NCBI GenBank assembly: GCA_026004215.1
Contig: BPIR01000001.1
Location: forward strand, 832,566-896,565
Direction: 5' to 3'
Origin: Candidatus Binatia bacterium
GTDB lineage: Bacteria; Desulfobacterota; Binatia; HRBIN30
Length of the DNA stretch: 64,000 nt
Position 1 is the first letter of the stretch. Each line of letters opens with the position of its first letter. The position numbers and the translations under genes were made by a program. The notes beneath the pieces were generated by a model. That model was not told where the DNA came from. It ran no database searches and was given only the letters and a program-made list of their open reading frames with translations. This document shows, piece by piece, positions 30,643 to 40,154 of this stretch.

Positions 30643-31753
30643 GGAGAAGCGGTCAACTTCGCCACCTCCACCCAAGGGTCGATCGTGACGGGGTAGAGGG
30701 TGCCGGGGGTCTCGACGACTTCGATACCGATCGTGCTCGCGTCCAAAGTCAACCGCGCGGGCAGCTCGCGACCACGCGCGTCCCACGCCAGCAATCCGCG
30801 ATACGACAGCACCGTCACGCCGCGGCCATCCCGCCATGAAATGGCGCGCCCTTCCCGGTCGAGTTCCGGCCGCAACGTGCCCGCATAGCCGATCTCGATG
30901 CGCACGAGGTTTTTGGCCTTTGGACCGGGTGGACGCGTTGCAACCGTGAAGCCCTGCTGCAAACCCAGCGGACCATTGACGTACCACTCCGTGAGGACGT
31001 CGCGCCGGTATTCCACCTGATTTGCCTGACTGCGCGGCACCACAGGTCGGATCGGGGCGCCGGGCTTCACTCCCGCGATTCCGAAGTAATGAAGTGCCAG
31101 ATGCTCTTTTCCCCAACGCACCCGCACGCCATCCTTGCGGAATTCCGCATCGAAACGGTGCTGCCGGTTCTCCGCGCGCAGGAGCTCAGAGGATGAATCC
31201 CGCCGAGCCCAGTACTGCCGTTCCTCTCTGCCCAGCGACCGAGAGATCGCAGCCCGCTGTAGCAGGCTCAGGTTGGTTGCTCGTTCCTGCGTTGCAGCCC
31301 AGGCGGCATCGCTTCTCGAGCACACAATCCAGCATCCCACGAAAAGAGCGATAACCCGCCCATGGAACCACTGCGGAACCTGGTGACCTTGCATGGCATT
31401 GCCTCCTTGCCTCGACGTTCGAAGACGGCAAAGCCGATGCAGCTCCCACTAGCCCACAGGGGCTGGCCGCCTAGCACGTGGATTGTCGCGCGCTACACTG
31501 TCTACCCCGATTGCGTAATTGTGGATTGGTTACCAGCCGCGTGCCCGAAAATCGCAACGGAGTCAAGCGGGCGGGTCTTACGATCGCACGGAACGGGAGC
31601 GACCCTGGCGATTCTCCGGGCACCCTAACTGGTTGCTCCCGCCACATAAGAGAATTGCCACGGCGGGAGGTGGAGCATCGCTCTTGTCACGAGCCCGCAA
31701 AAATGCGACTAGGGGCAAGTTTTCGAACTCAAGCCTCTCGGGGGATTCTTTAC

Positions 31754-33061
31754 ATGATTCCAATTCAAAAGGTTGTGGTTCTCGGTGCCAACGGCACGAT
31801 GGGTGCCGGCAGCGGTGAGGTCTTTGCTGCCGGGGGGTGCGATGTGGTGTTTCTGGCTCGCACCATCGAAAAGGCCCACGAGGGTCTGGTGGCTGCGCAA
31901 AACATGGCCAAGTCGGTCCGCATCGCAGATCGGATTTCGCTCGGCACCTACGACCAAGACATGGAGGAAGCCGTGGCCAAGGCGGACCTGATTTTCGAAG
32001 CCTTGGCCGAGGACATGGAGCTCAAGAAGTCTTTCTTTGCGAAAGTGGACAAGTTCCGGCGGCCGGACTCGATCGTGGCCACGGTGTCGTCCGGCTTGTC
32101 GATTGCCGAAATGGCACTCGGCAGGAGCGAAAGCTTTCGGCGCAATTTCCTCGGCATTCACCTGTTTAATCCGCCCAGCGTGATCGTGGGAACAGAGGTC
32201 ATCCCGCATGCCGAAACCGATCCGCAGCTCGTGCGCGATATCGTCGAGCTGTTGGAACGCCGCTTCGGGCGCATCGCCATCGTCGCGGCAGACAAGCCGG
32301 CATTTGCGGGAAATCGCGTGGGCTTCAAAGTGCTCAATGAAGTGGCGCAATTGGCCGAAGAGCACGGCGTCGCCTTTATGGACTATCTGATTGGCCCGTA
32401 CACCGGGCGTGCCATGGCTCCCCTGGCCACGATCGACCTGGTGGGCTGGGACGTGCACAAGGCAATCGTGGATAACGTGTACGCCCACACCAACGACGAA
32501 GCACACGAGGCATTCCGCTTGCCCGGGTACATGGAGGAGCTGATCGACCGGGGACACCTGGGTAACAAAACGCCCCAGTTCGGCGGTTTTTATCGGCGGG
32601 TCAAAGAAGGCAACCAAACCGTTCAGCTCGTGCTCGACCCGAAAACCGGCGCCTACAAAGACGTCCGCGATACGGCAGTTCGCAAACTGTCGTGGCTAGA
32701 AAAAATCCGCGACCTCCATCATGTGGGTCGCTACCGCCAAGCCTTGCACGAGTTCGTGCAGGCGGAAGGACCCGAGGCCGACCTCGCCCGCAAGGTCGTC
32801 TTTGGGTACGTCAGCTATGCCCTCAACCGCGTGGGCCCGGATGAGGTCGTGCGCGAGGTCCGCGATATCGACCGCATCATGGGCTTTGGCTTTAACTGGG
32901 CACCACCGTCCGTGCTGGTGGATATTATCGGGCGTGACGAGGTGATCCGCCAACTGGAACGTTACAAACTACCCGTACCCGCCGTGCTGCGCCGGGTGAA
33001 AGCCGGCGAAAAGATGTTCCGCGAGCCGCACGTCAACATCGGCCGCTTTTTCGCCGCTTGA
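31754..33061 (+). CDS. 3-hydroxyacyl-CoA dehydrogenase family protein
   Basis: N-terminal Rossmann motif VVVLGANGTMGAGSG plus a 3HCDH C-terminal domain. The start at MIPIQK was verified as ATG 31754. The track's 92-codon upstream extension is implausible. Confidence 0.85.
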   Translation: MIPIQKVVVLGANGTMGAGSGEVFAAGGCDVVFLARTIEKAHEGLVAAQNMAKSVRIADRISLGTYDQDMEEAVAKADLIFEALAEDMELKKSFFAKVDKFRRPDSIVATVSSGLSIAEMALGRSESFRRNFLGIHLFNPPSVIVGTEVIPHAETDPQLVRDIVELLERRFGRIAIVAADKPAFAGNRVGFKVLNEVAQLAEEHGVAFMDYLIGPYTGRAMAPLATIDLVGWDVHKAIVDNVYAHTNDEAHEAFRLPGYMEELIDRGHLGNKTPQFGGFYRRVKEGNQTVQLVLDPKTGAYKDVRDTAVRKLSWLEKIRDLHHVGRYRQALHEFVQAEGPEADLARKVVFGYVSYALNRVGPDEVVREVRDIDRIMGFGFNWAPPSVLVDIIGRDEVIRQLERYKLPVPAVLRRVKAGEKMFREPHVNIGRFFAA

Positions 33062-33137
33062 TTTGCCTGCGGTTGCGCAACGACTGACGAGAATGGTAGT
33101 TTCGATTCGCTACGAAACGTTCTTTTAGGAGGCAGCC

Positions 33138-34370
33138 ATGTCAGCTCCTGTTTTCATCTTGGGCGGATACCAAACCGATTTTGCGCGCAATTGGAAAAAA
33201 GAAAACAAGCATATTGTCGCCATGATTCGCGAAGCCGTCGAAGGCGGCTTGGAGGCAACGGGAATCGATCCGAAAGAAATCCAGGTAGGCCACGTGGGAA
33301 ACTTCGCCGCTGAGCTTTACGCCATGCAGGGCCACCTGGGCGCGTTTCTGGTGGATGTGGATCCAGCTTTTTCCGGATTACCCACCGCCCGGCACGAAGC
33401 CGCCTGCGCCTCCGGAAGCATTGCGATTTTGGCTGCCTCCGCAGAGATCGAAGCGGGCCGTTATGACCTCGCCTTGGTGGTGGGTGTGGAACAAATGAAA
33501 ACGGTCGATCCGGCCAAGGGCGGCGAGTTTCTCGGCACCGCTGCCTGGTACGAGCGCGAGGCAAAAGGCATCGAGTTTCCATTCCCCAAGCTTTTTGGTC
33601 GCCTCGGGGACGAGTACGATCGCCGCTACGGCCTCAAAGACGAACATCTCGCCCACATCTCCGCAATCAACTACTCCAACGCCAAGCGCAACCCTCTGGC
33701 TCAAACCCGCAACTGGTACATGACGGAAGATCAGGCCCGCTCGGTAGACAAGTTCAACACCGTCATCGGCGGGCGGATCAAGATTTCCGACTGCTCGCAG
33801 GTCACCGATGGCGCGGTGTCGCTTTTCCTCGCATCGGAAAAGGCGGCTGCAGCGTATGCCAAAAAGCGGGGGATTTCCTTGGACAGCATTCCTCGCTTGC
33901 TCGGGTGGGGCCACCGGACTGCGCCTATCGAATTCGATGCCAAAATTGCCGAAAGCAAGAACCAACCCTATGTGCTCCCCCACACCCGCCAGGCAATCTT
34001 GGACGCGTTCCGCCGCGCCGGTATTCCAGACGTGTGGGCCGTGCAAGCCATCGAAACACATGATTGCTTTACAACTTCAGAGTATATGGCCATCGATCAC
34101 TTTGGCATCACGAAACCGGGAGAATCTTGGAAAGCCATCGAAGACGGGACCATCGAAATGGGTGGCAAATTGCCGATCAATCCGAGCGGTGGCCTGATTG
34201 GTTGCGGTCACCCGGTGGGGGCCACGGGTGTACGGCAAGTGCTCGACGCATTCAAACAAGTCACCGGTCAGTGCGGTGACTACCAGGTCGAAAATGCCAA
34301 GCGGGTGGCCACGCTGAACATCGGGGGGAGCGGAACGACGAGCGTCTCCTTCGTGGTTGGATTCGCTTGA
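33138..34370 (+). CDS. Thiolase-like protein (SCP2-type 3-ketoacyl-CoA thiolase / acetyl-CoA acetyltransferase family)
   Basis: Conserved Cys in HEAACASGS, and C-terminal GHPVGATG / NIGGSG motifs. Confidence 0.85.
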   Translation: MSAPVFILGGYQTDFARNWKKENKHIVAMIREAVEGGLEATGIDPKEIQVGHVGNFAAELYAMQGHLGAFLVDVDPAFSGLPTARHEAACASGSIAILAASAEIEAGRYDLALVVGVEQMKTVDPAKGGEFLGTAAWYEREAKGIEFPFPKLFGRLGDEYDRRYGLKDEHLAHISAINYSNAKRNPLAQTRNWYMTEDQARSVDKFNTVIGGRIKISDCSQVTDGAVSLFLASEKAAAAYAKKRGISLDSIPRLLGWGHRTAPIEFDAKIAESKNQPYVLPHTRQAILDAFRRAGIPDVWAVQAIETHDCFTTSEYMAIDHFGITKPGESWKAIEDGTIEMGGKLPINPSGGLIGCGHPVGATGVRQVLDAFKQVTGQCGDYQVENAKRVATLNIGGSGTTSVSFVVGFA

Positions 34371-34503
34371 TCCACTGGATTCCGAATTTAGCAACTGCAT
34401 TGTACCGGACAGTATCGTCGCCTCTTCTCTTGGCGCACCCGTTGGGATTTGCAGCGCCCGGCGCCGGCTCCGGGGTGTGATCGCCGAATTTTCGAGAGTC
34501 GCT

Positions 34504-35694
34504 ATGAACGAGGATTTTGGGTCTCAATCCGTTTCACTCCACGGCAAACTCCACGGCAAGGTAGAGGTGCGAAGCAAGGTTCCTCTCCAAAACCGCCTCG
34601 ACCTGAGCCTCGCCTATACTCCCGGGGTAGCCGAGGTTTGCCTAGAAATCGCGCGCAATCCGGAACGTGTCCACGAACTCACCGTCAAGCACAATACTGT
34701 TGCCGTCGTGTCGGACGGCTCCGCCATTCTGGGCTTGGGTAACCTTGGCGCCGCGGCGGCCATTCCAGTCATGGAAGGCAAAGCCGTACTGTTCAAGGAA
34801 TTTGCCAATGTGGATGCCTTCCCTATTTGCCTAGACACGCAGGACACAGACGAGATCGTGCGAACCGTGCGCGCGCTTGCGCCCGTGTTTGGCGGCATCA
34901 ACCTCGAAGACATTGCCGCACCACGGTGCTTCGAGGTGGAAGCGCGACTCCAGGATCTCGGCATTCCCGTGTTTCACGACGACCAGCACGGCACCGCCAT
35001 TGTCGTGCTTGCTGCCCTCATGAACGCTCTCAAGGTGACCCGCAAGGATCTCGCGCAATGCACGATTGTGTTCAGCGGCAGCGGGGCGTCGGCCATTGCT
35101 TGCGCCAAACTCATTCGCAGCTTCGGCTTGCTCGGCGTGCTCCCGCTCCCGCGCGAGGTGTTGTTGTGCGACTCCAAAGGCATCGTGCACCGCGGCCGCA
35201 CGGACTTGAACCCGTACAAACAAGAATTGCTGGAATGGACCAACCGCAGTGACCGCAGCGGAGGACTCGCCGATGCTCTAAAAGGTGCGGACGTGTTCAT
35301 CGGACTGTCTCAAGCCGGCCTCGTCAGCCCGGAAATGGTTCAGTCCATGAACAAGGATCCTATTATCTTCGCGATGGCCAACCCGGTGCCCGAGATCATG
35401 CCTGATGTGGCCCGCGCTGCCGGCGCCGTCGTCGTCGGCACGGGGCGAAGCGACTTCCCCAATCAAATCAACAACGTCCTAGCCTTTCCCGGGGTGTTCC
35501 GCGGCGCGCTCGACGCCAAGGCGAAAGTCATCAACGAGGAGATGAAAGTCGCTGCGGCACAAGCCCTCGCGGCCATCGTGCTCGAACCGACGCCCGAGCG
35601 CATTCTGCCGGACCCATTGGACAAGTCTGTCGCTTTCCGCGTCGGCGAAGCCGTGGCCGAGGCGGCACGGCGTTCGGGCGTGTGCCGTTCGTGA
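34504..35694 (+). CDS. NAD(P)-dependent malic enzyme (short bacterial form)
   Basis: Malic enzyme motifs (LSLAYTPGVA, VVSDGSAILGLGNLG, FSGSGASAIA, FAMANPVPE). The internal start MNEDFG was verified as ATG 34504. Confidence 0.85.
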   Translation: MNEDFGSQSVSLHGKLHGKVEVRSKVPLQNRLDLSLAYTPGVAEVCLEIARNPERVHELTVKHNTVAVVSDGSAILGLGNLGAAAAIPVMEGKAVLFKEFANVDAFPICLDTQDTDEIVRTVRALAPVFGGINLEDIAAPRCFEVEARLQDLGIPVFHDDQHGTAIVVLAALMNALKVTRKDLAQCTIVFSGSGASAIACAKLIRSFGLLGVLPLPREVLLCDSKGIVHRGRTDLNPYKQELLEWTNRSDRSGGLADALKGADVFIGLSQAGLVSPEMVQSMNKDPIIFAMANPVPEIMPDVARAAGAVVVGTGRSDFPNQINNVLAFPGVFRGALDAKAKVINEEMKVAAAQALAAIVLEPTPERILPDPLDKSVAFRVGEAVAEAARRSGVCRS

Positions 35695-35987
35695 TCCGGC
35701 CGCATACTTTTCCCTTCCACCGAGAATACTTTTGCCCTCCCACGACGTCCATGAACCAGGCCGAAGCATGCGTGGCCGGACGGTGCGATCCTAACCTAGG
35801 GTACCAGCAGCGGGCAAAGCACTGGACCGTGCCCTTGTAAAAAGGGCGGCCACTCACGTTGCACATTGCAAAGCCCTGGTCCGCCACACGTCGGCCTCTC
35901 GCATGCTTCCGTGACCAACTCGTTGCCCTCCGTCCGGTTCGGGCAGCGTCGCTTGCAGCGCGTCCGCCGGCACAGTAGCCTCCGTGC

Positions 35988-36614
35988 GTGCTGTCCGTCC
36001 GCTTGCGAATCTCCCTGGCTATCTTCTCTCTCGCTGGGTTGGCGGCCGCCACAGCGGCCCAGGCACCAATTACCACCGGAGGGACCGTGCGCGACACTGG
36101 TGGCCCACTTCGTACTGGTGGCGTGCCGCTCGCGGAAACCTCGGGTTCGGTCCGCGAATCTGGTGGTCCGTTGCGCTCCGCGATTCCCGGCTCGATTGGC
36201 GGCGTGCCGGTCAGTGCCGGAAGTCGAGGCGTGTACGGAGACGGTTCGGTCCGCGACAGCAGCGCGGGGTGCGTGCGGGACATGAGTGCGGTGCCTGTTC
36301 TCCCCAGCCTGCCCGTCGAAATCCTGCCCCTCTCTTCTCCCGAAGAAACCACCTTACCGGATATCGAGGCCTCCATTCGCAACCTGCGCCCCAGCGAACC
36401 GGAGCACGTTTCTCCGCCCGCGGAAGGCCTCGCACACAGCGAGGAAACTAAAGATGTTTCCGCGCCAGAGGTGGCACCGCCCGAAAACGACGACCTCCTG
36501 CGCCAACTACCGACGAGAACGACTCCGCACAACACGACGAGCCCGCAAGCATCGCCGCTGCAAGTGAAAGCGGGCCCCATGAATTACGAGCCGATGAGGA
36601 CGAGCGCGCGTTGA
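35988..36614 (+). CDS. Hypothetical secreted repeat protein
   Basis: Clean signal peptide MLSVRLRISLAIFSLAGLAAATAAQA. Internal repeats GGTVRDTGGPLRTGGVPL / SGSVRESGGPLRS. The overlapping antisense ORF 35531..36580 is R/S-rich junk. Confidence 0.4.
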   Translation: MLSVRLRISLAIFSLAGLAAATAAQAPITTGGTVRDTGGPLRTGGVPLAETSGSVRESGGPLRSAIPGSIGGVPVSAGSRGVYGDGSVRDSSAGCVRDMSAVPVLPSLPVEILPLSSPEETTLPDIEASIRNLRPSEPEHVSPPAEGLAHSEETKDVSAPEVAPPENDDLLRQLPTRTTPHNTTSPQASPLQVKAGPMNYEPMRTSAR

Positions 36615-37090
36615 GGGATGAACCAGCGCAGTAACCCGGGTGCGCGCGGTGGGATCGACTCCACTTCGATCGCCGCAACTTGGCCCGGCTGGAACGGCAG
36701 CGGCATGTGCCGCGCATCTCCTGAGAGCAGGAGCGAGGCGAGTCGGCCCAGGTCTGGTTCGTGCCCGACGAGCGCCACAGACGTTAACGAGCTGTAACCA
36801 CTCAGCGATTGGAGGATCTCTTCGGCGCCACGCCCGGGTGCGAGCGGCGCATGTTCTTCGATTCGAGCGGAAAGGCTCCCCGCGAGCAGTCGTGCTGTTT
36901 CTTGGGCGCGCCGCAACGGACTGACTAAAAACAACTCCAATCGCACACCGAGACGACGCAGACCGCGGCCCGCCAATACCGTGTCTTCTCGGCCCTCGCG
37001 CGACAGCACCCGATGGGCGTCCTCCATCCCTGGTCTTCCGGGCTCGGCCTGAGCATGCCGAACCAAATACAGCATCTTCCCGTTTACCAT
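36584..37090 (-). CDS. sixA: Phosphohistidine phosphatase SixA (histidine phosphatase superfamily)
   Basis: LYLVRHAQAE catalytic RHG-type motif. About 165 aa. Confidence 0.75.
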   Translation of the reverse strand: MVNGKMLYLVRHAQAEPGRPGMEDAHRVLSREGREDTVLAGRGLRRLGVRLELFLVSPLRRAQETARLLAGSLSARIEEHAPLAPGRGAEEILQSLSGYSSLTSVALVGHEPDLGRLASLLLSGDARHMPLPFQPGQVAAIEVESIPPRAPGLLRWFIPQRALVLIGS

Positions 37091-37108
37091 GGCTCTTCTC
37101 GATCCACC

Positions 37109-38161
37109 TCAGCGCGGCACGGGAACGTCTTTCCCGTATACCGCGCGCTCGAGCGCAATCAGCGCTCGCATATAGGCCGAGTTTCCCAGCGCCCTGCGCA
37201 CTACTCGTCGTGCCTGTGCTCGCAACGCGGCCAGCTTGTCCGGGGACAGCTTGCTCTTCGGATCCTCGGCAGCAGCAAGAAGGAGGTTTGCCCGTCCCAA
37301 GGCCCCAATGGCAGCAAAAAGACCATTTGCTGCCTCTTGTTCGCCGTGCTCGAGCAGCGCGAAGAAGGCGTCCTTCGTCGCCTGTTGCAGGCCGCAAAGG
37401 GTCACCGCGTCGAACTCTAACCGCAGAGCCGCATCGGCAGCCTGCCAACGCAGCAGAGACTGTCTGTGCTGCATGTGAATGGAGCAGAGTGCAGAGGGCT
37501 CTCCTCGCGCTTCATGACCGACTCCGCGGTACAGAGCTCGCAATCCGAGCTCGAACTTCGACGTGGGTTCCGGGGTGAGCGAGTATCGGGCTTGCAAGAG
37601 CGTGGCGAGCTCCTGCAGGGTGCTCGGCGGGCCAGAGCGGAGCTCCACCTCGATCTCCGCGTACTGCAGCGTGGGGCGCTTGTTCGCGCCGTGTGTGACG
37701 ACCCGGTCCAGCGCGATCTCGGCGATTTCACTGTCGAGTCGCTCGCGGCGAAACAAGCTGAGTAAGGCGCGGTCCACACGAGTGACCAGAATCGGAGCCA
37801 GCGGGCGCTTTGCAACGGTTGCGGCTAAACGTGTCTCCAGGGGTGGTGGCAAACGGCGAATCGGCAAACGCGGAGGCCGGCGGAGAGCTACGGTCAGTTC
37901 CTCGCGTTGGTGAATGCTGCCGTTCACACTACCCGTCCATTTTGCGGTCAACTCGCATCCCGGAACGCCCGCCTTCCGGCGCAACCGTAGCGCCACACCG
38001 GCTCGAAAGAGCGACCAGTCCGGCGTGTCCAAGTAGGAGGAGACGAGTTTCTCCCGGCCCTTGGGCCGGACGACAAAGTCTCCGAGCTCCGTGCCGCTTC
38101 GGAGCTCGTGCCAAACACGTTCATCTTCGGGGTGAAACTTCGCTTCGATTTCCAACGCCAT
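37109..38161 (-). CDS. CYTH domain (triphosphate tunnel metalloenzyme) + CHAD domain protein
   Basis: N-terminal MALEIEAKF...EDE CYTH signature, then a helical CHAD-like C-terminal half. The start was verified as CAT at 38159-38161. The track's 98-codon extension is Gly/Arg-rich junk. Confidence 0.75.
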   Translation of the reverse strand: MALEIEAKFHPEDERVWHELRSGTELGDFVVRPKGREKLVSSYLDTPDWSLFRAGVALRLRRKAGVPGCELTAKWTGSVNGSIHQREELTVALRRPPRLPIRRLPPPLETRLAATVAKRPLAPILVTRVDRALLSLFRRERLDSEIAEIALDRVVTHGANKRPTLQYAEIEVELRSGPPSTLQELATLLQARYSLTPEPTSKFELGLRALYRGVGHEARGEPSALCSIHMQHRQSLLRWQAADAALRLEFDAVTLCGLQQATKDAFFALLEHGEQEAANGLFAAIGALGRANLLLAAAEDPKSKLSPDKLAALRAQARRVVRRALGNSAYMRALIALERAVYGKDVPVPR

Positions 38162-38226
38162 CACTTTGCTCGACCCCCTGGGCCTTTTTTTCCACCGGCG
38201 ACCCTCGCCTCTCGGACTGCCGGCTT

Positions 38227-39141
38227 TTACCCCGGCACCGATGCCGCCTTGCGCTGCCGGTCCCAGGTCAGCGACCCGCCCTCCGTTCGCAAGGGAAGCT
38301 GGAACAGCGATGCCGGCAGGCCCACGTTGAATTGCACATGCTCGATCAACTGTTCCGCGGCCAGCCCGGCGACGGGAACTCCACCCGGATCGGCCGGGTA
38401 GAAGGACCTGACTCTCTCCTGGCGCACCCCGGCAACTTCCCGATATTCCCGCCACCGACCCAACCAGGTCGGATGCTGTAAAAATGGTGCCTCGACTTGG
38501 GCGTACACATGATCGAGGAGGCCGGAGTCCGCGTCGAAATAGAGGATCGCCCAGCGAATGGGCGACCGCAGTTCATCTGCATAGACGACGCGTAACTTTT
38601 CCCACCGCTGGTCTTCGTCCCCCTCTTGGCCTGCGTACGCGAGGGTCAGCCCCTCCATCTCCGCCAACACAAACGGCAAACCAAAGGACAACACCGAACT
38701 GATACCATGAAATTCCGTAAACATTTTTTCCTGCGGATGGTCCACCCAGCGGCCACCGCGAAACATCCAAGAGTGCCGCCCATCGTAACCGAACAACACT
38801 TCCTCCCGCAGCCCGATGGATTCCATCCGAATCAATGGTCCCCGGTGCAACGGCTGCTTGTGCAAGAAAATCGTTTCCGACGTGGCCTCACCGCGGCTGT
38901 CGAAAATGGTCAGCGTGGAAACAAAAGTCACATCTTTCAAAGCTTGCCACGCCCGCCAGCCGCCGGCAGCAGCAATCGCCTTCTCCAGCACCCGCCCGGC
39001 CTCACCTTCCGGGATGCGGGGGCGAGAACCGGAAGCGCTCGCCAGCGGCGGATTCTGCGGCACACTCTCTCGGCAACCCGCGCTCGCCCACAACCCGCCC
39101 ACACATGCCAGGGCCCACGCAACTTGTCGAATTCGCACCAT
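38227..39141 (-). CDS. Hypothetical lipoprotein
   Basis: Signal peptide with lipobox (LWASAGC). No recognisable catalytic motif. Confidence 0.6.
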   Translation of the reverse strand: MVRIRQVAWALACVGGLWASAGCRESVPQNPPLASASGSRPRIPEGEAGRVLEKAIAAAGGWRAWQALKDVTFVSTLTIFDSRGEATSETIFLHKQPLHRGPLIRMESIGLREEVLFGYDGRHSWMFRGGRWVDHPQEKMFTEFHGISSVLSFGLPFVLAEMEGLTLAYAGQEGDEDQRWEKLRVVYADELRSPIRWAILYFDADSGLLDHVYAQVEAPFLQHPTWLGRWREYREVAGVRQERVRSFYPADPGGVPVAGLAAEQLIEHVQFNVGLPASLFQLPLRTEGGSLTWDRQRKAASVPG

Positions 39142-39147
39142 GTACCC

Positions 39148-40020
39148 TTACGGCTCCTGTTTGAGGTACTCGATGATCCCCTGCACAGTGCGGCGATCGA
39201 GAATCGCACCGAAATGCGGCATGACTGGTTCTTTCTCCTGCAGCATGTGCAAAATTTGCTCGCGCATTCTAGCCTCGGGGCGGCCGCGAAAATACCCGCG
39301 ATCGAAGCGCACTTGCGGCAGTTTGGTCACTTCACCCGGAGCTGCACGCACTCCACGACCGTCGTCTCCGTGACAGGAGGCACACTTCGCCTGATACGCG
39401 CGAAATCCCGGCGACAAGAGTCGCACGAATGCCACAAGGGCGCGTGCCTCTTCCTCGCGGAGTTGCGGCACCAGTGCCGGCATGCCGGCTCGCCCGTGAC
39501 GTACAGCCAAAAGCAAATCCGCATCGCTCACCGCCCGCTGCCACGAGCGATCGCTCAAATCCCGCGGCGGCCGGACCCCTGCAGGAAGCTTCGCAGGGGG
39601 CTCACCGTAAAACCCGTGGCACTCCACGCAGCGGCCGAGGTACAACGCCCAGCCGCGTTCCACCTGCGGCCATTGCGCCCGCGCCAACCGCCGCAAGTGT
39701 TCCAGAATTTCGCCGCCTTGTTTCTCGAGCGCGGCCCGGCGCTCAGGGTCGGACGCGAGCGGTAGCGGCTGGCCGCGCAGTACTCGATCCACCAGCTCCT
39801 CCACGCTGTACCGCTGCAGCACGCCCGCCCGCAAATCGCGCGGTGGCTGCGCCAACGTCGCCGCATCCGGACCGTCGCCACGACCCTCCGGTCCGTGACA
39901 ATTCGCGCAATAGCGCAAGTACGCGACACGCCCGCTGTGGCTCTCAGCGCGAGTGCCCGCCGACGCCGCCATCACCCCCATCGCCACAACCACCCGCAAT
40001 ACCTTCCACCGAACCCGCAT
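39148..40020 (-). CDS. Tri-heme c-type cytochrome (secreted)
   Basis: Three CxxCH motifs (CANCHG, CVECHG, CASCHG) and an N-terminal signal peptide. Confidence 0.8.
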   Translation of the reverse strand: MRVRWKVLRVVVAMGVMAASAGTRAESHSGRVAYLRYCANCHGPEGRGDGPDAATLAQPPRDLRAGVLQRYSVEELVDRVLRGQPLPLASDPERRAALEKQGGEILEHLRRLARAQWPQVERGWALYLGRCVECHGFYGEPPAKLPAGVRPPRDLSDRSWQRAVSDADLLLAVRHGRAGMPALVPQLREEEARALVAFVRLLSPGFRAYQAKCASCHGDDGRGVRAAPGEVTKLPQVRFDRGYFRGRPEARMREQILHMLQEKEPVMPHFGAILDRRTVQGIIEYLKQEP

Positions 40021-40080
40021 GACCCGCTTCTAGCTCGACTGGATTCCACCGACCACCACCTTGCGGCGAACGAAAGATGA

Positions 40081-40132
40081 TGTCCGGATCTGTCTGGACA
40101 GATGTTGACAGCCATTGGCTTTCGGTTAATCT
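40081..40132 (+). promoter_or_regulatory. Candidate CarH-type operator (three tandem ~11-bp direct repeats) overlapping a sigma70-like promoter
   Basis: tgtccggatc / tgtctggaca / gatgttgaca are TGTC-containing repeats with period 10-12. They are followed by TTGACA (40105-40110), a 16-bp spacer, then TAATCT (40127-40132). SD GGAGAG lies 7 nt before ATG 40155. Confidence 0.4.
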
Positions 40133-40154
40133 TTCCGGTGCCGGAGAGCTTCGG

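Larger units (their letters stand above)
28990..31394 (-). pseudogene. Secreted FG-GAP-repeat protein gene, interrupted by a frameshift at a G8 (C8 on + strand) homopolymer
   Basis: Track ORF 30531..31394 (signal peptide plus N-terminal domain, ...[10 protein letters not shown]) and ORF 28990..31116 ([21 protein letters not shown]... FG-GAP repeats) are in different frames. They join exactly at CCCCCCCC 30635-30642. With 9 G the reading is continuous (…[13 protein letters not shown]…). The C-terminus has a PT-rich linker, a Cys/Asp-rich module and a hydrophobic tail. Confidence 0.6.

Noticed and set aside
35531-36580. 349-aa minus-strand ORF
   Set aside because: Ser/Arg/Gly-rich junk that also overlaps the malic enzyme 3' end. 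The + strand ORF with a signal peptide is preferred.
40077-40154. Longer start (ATG 40077) for the carH-like gene
   Set aside because: It would place the three direct repeats, the -35 and -10 elements and the SD inside the CDS. The MerR HTH begins ~15 residues after the M at 40155, which fits family norms.
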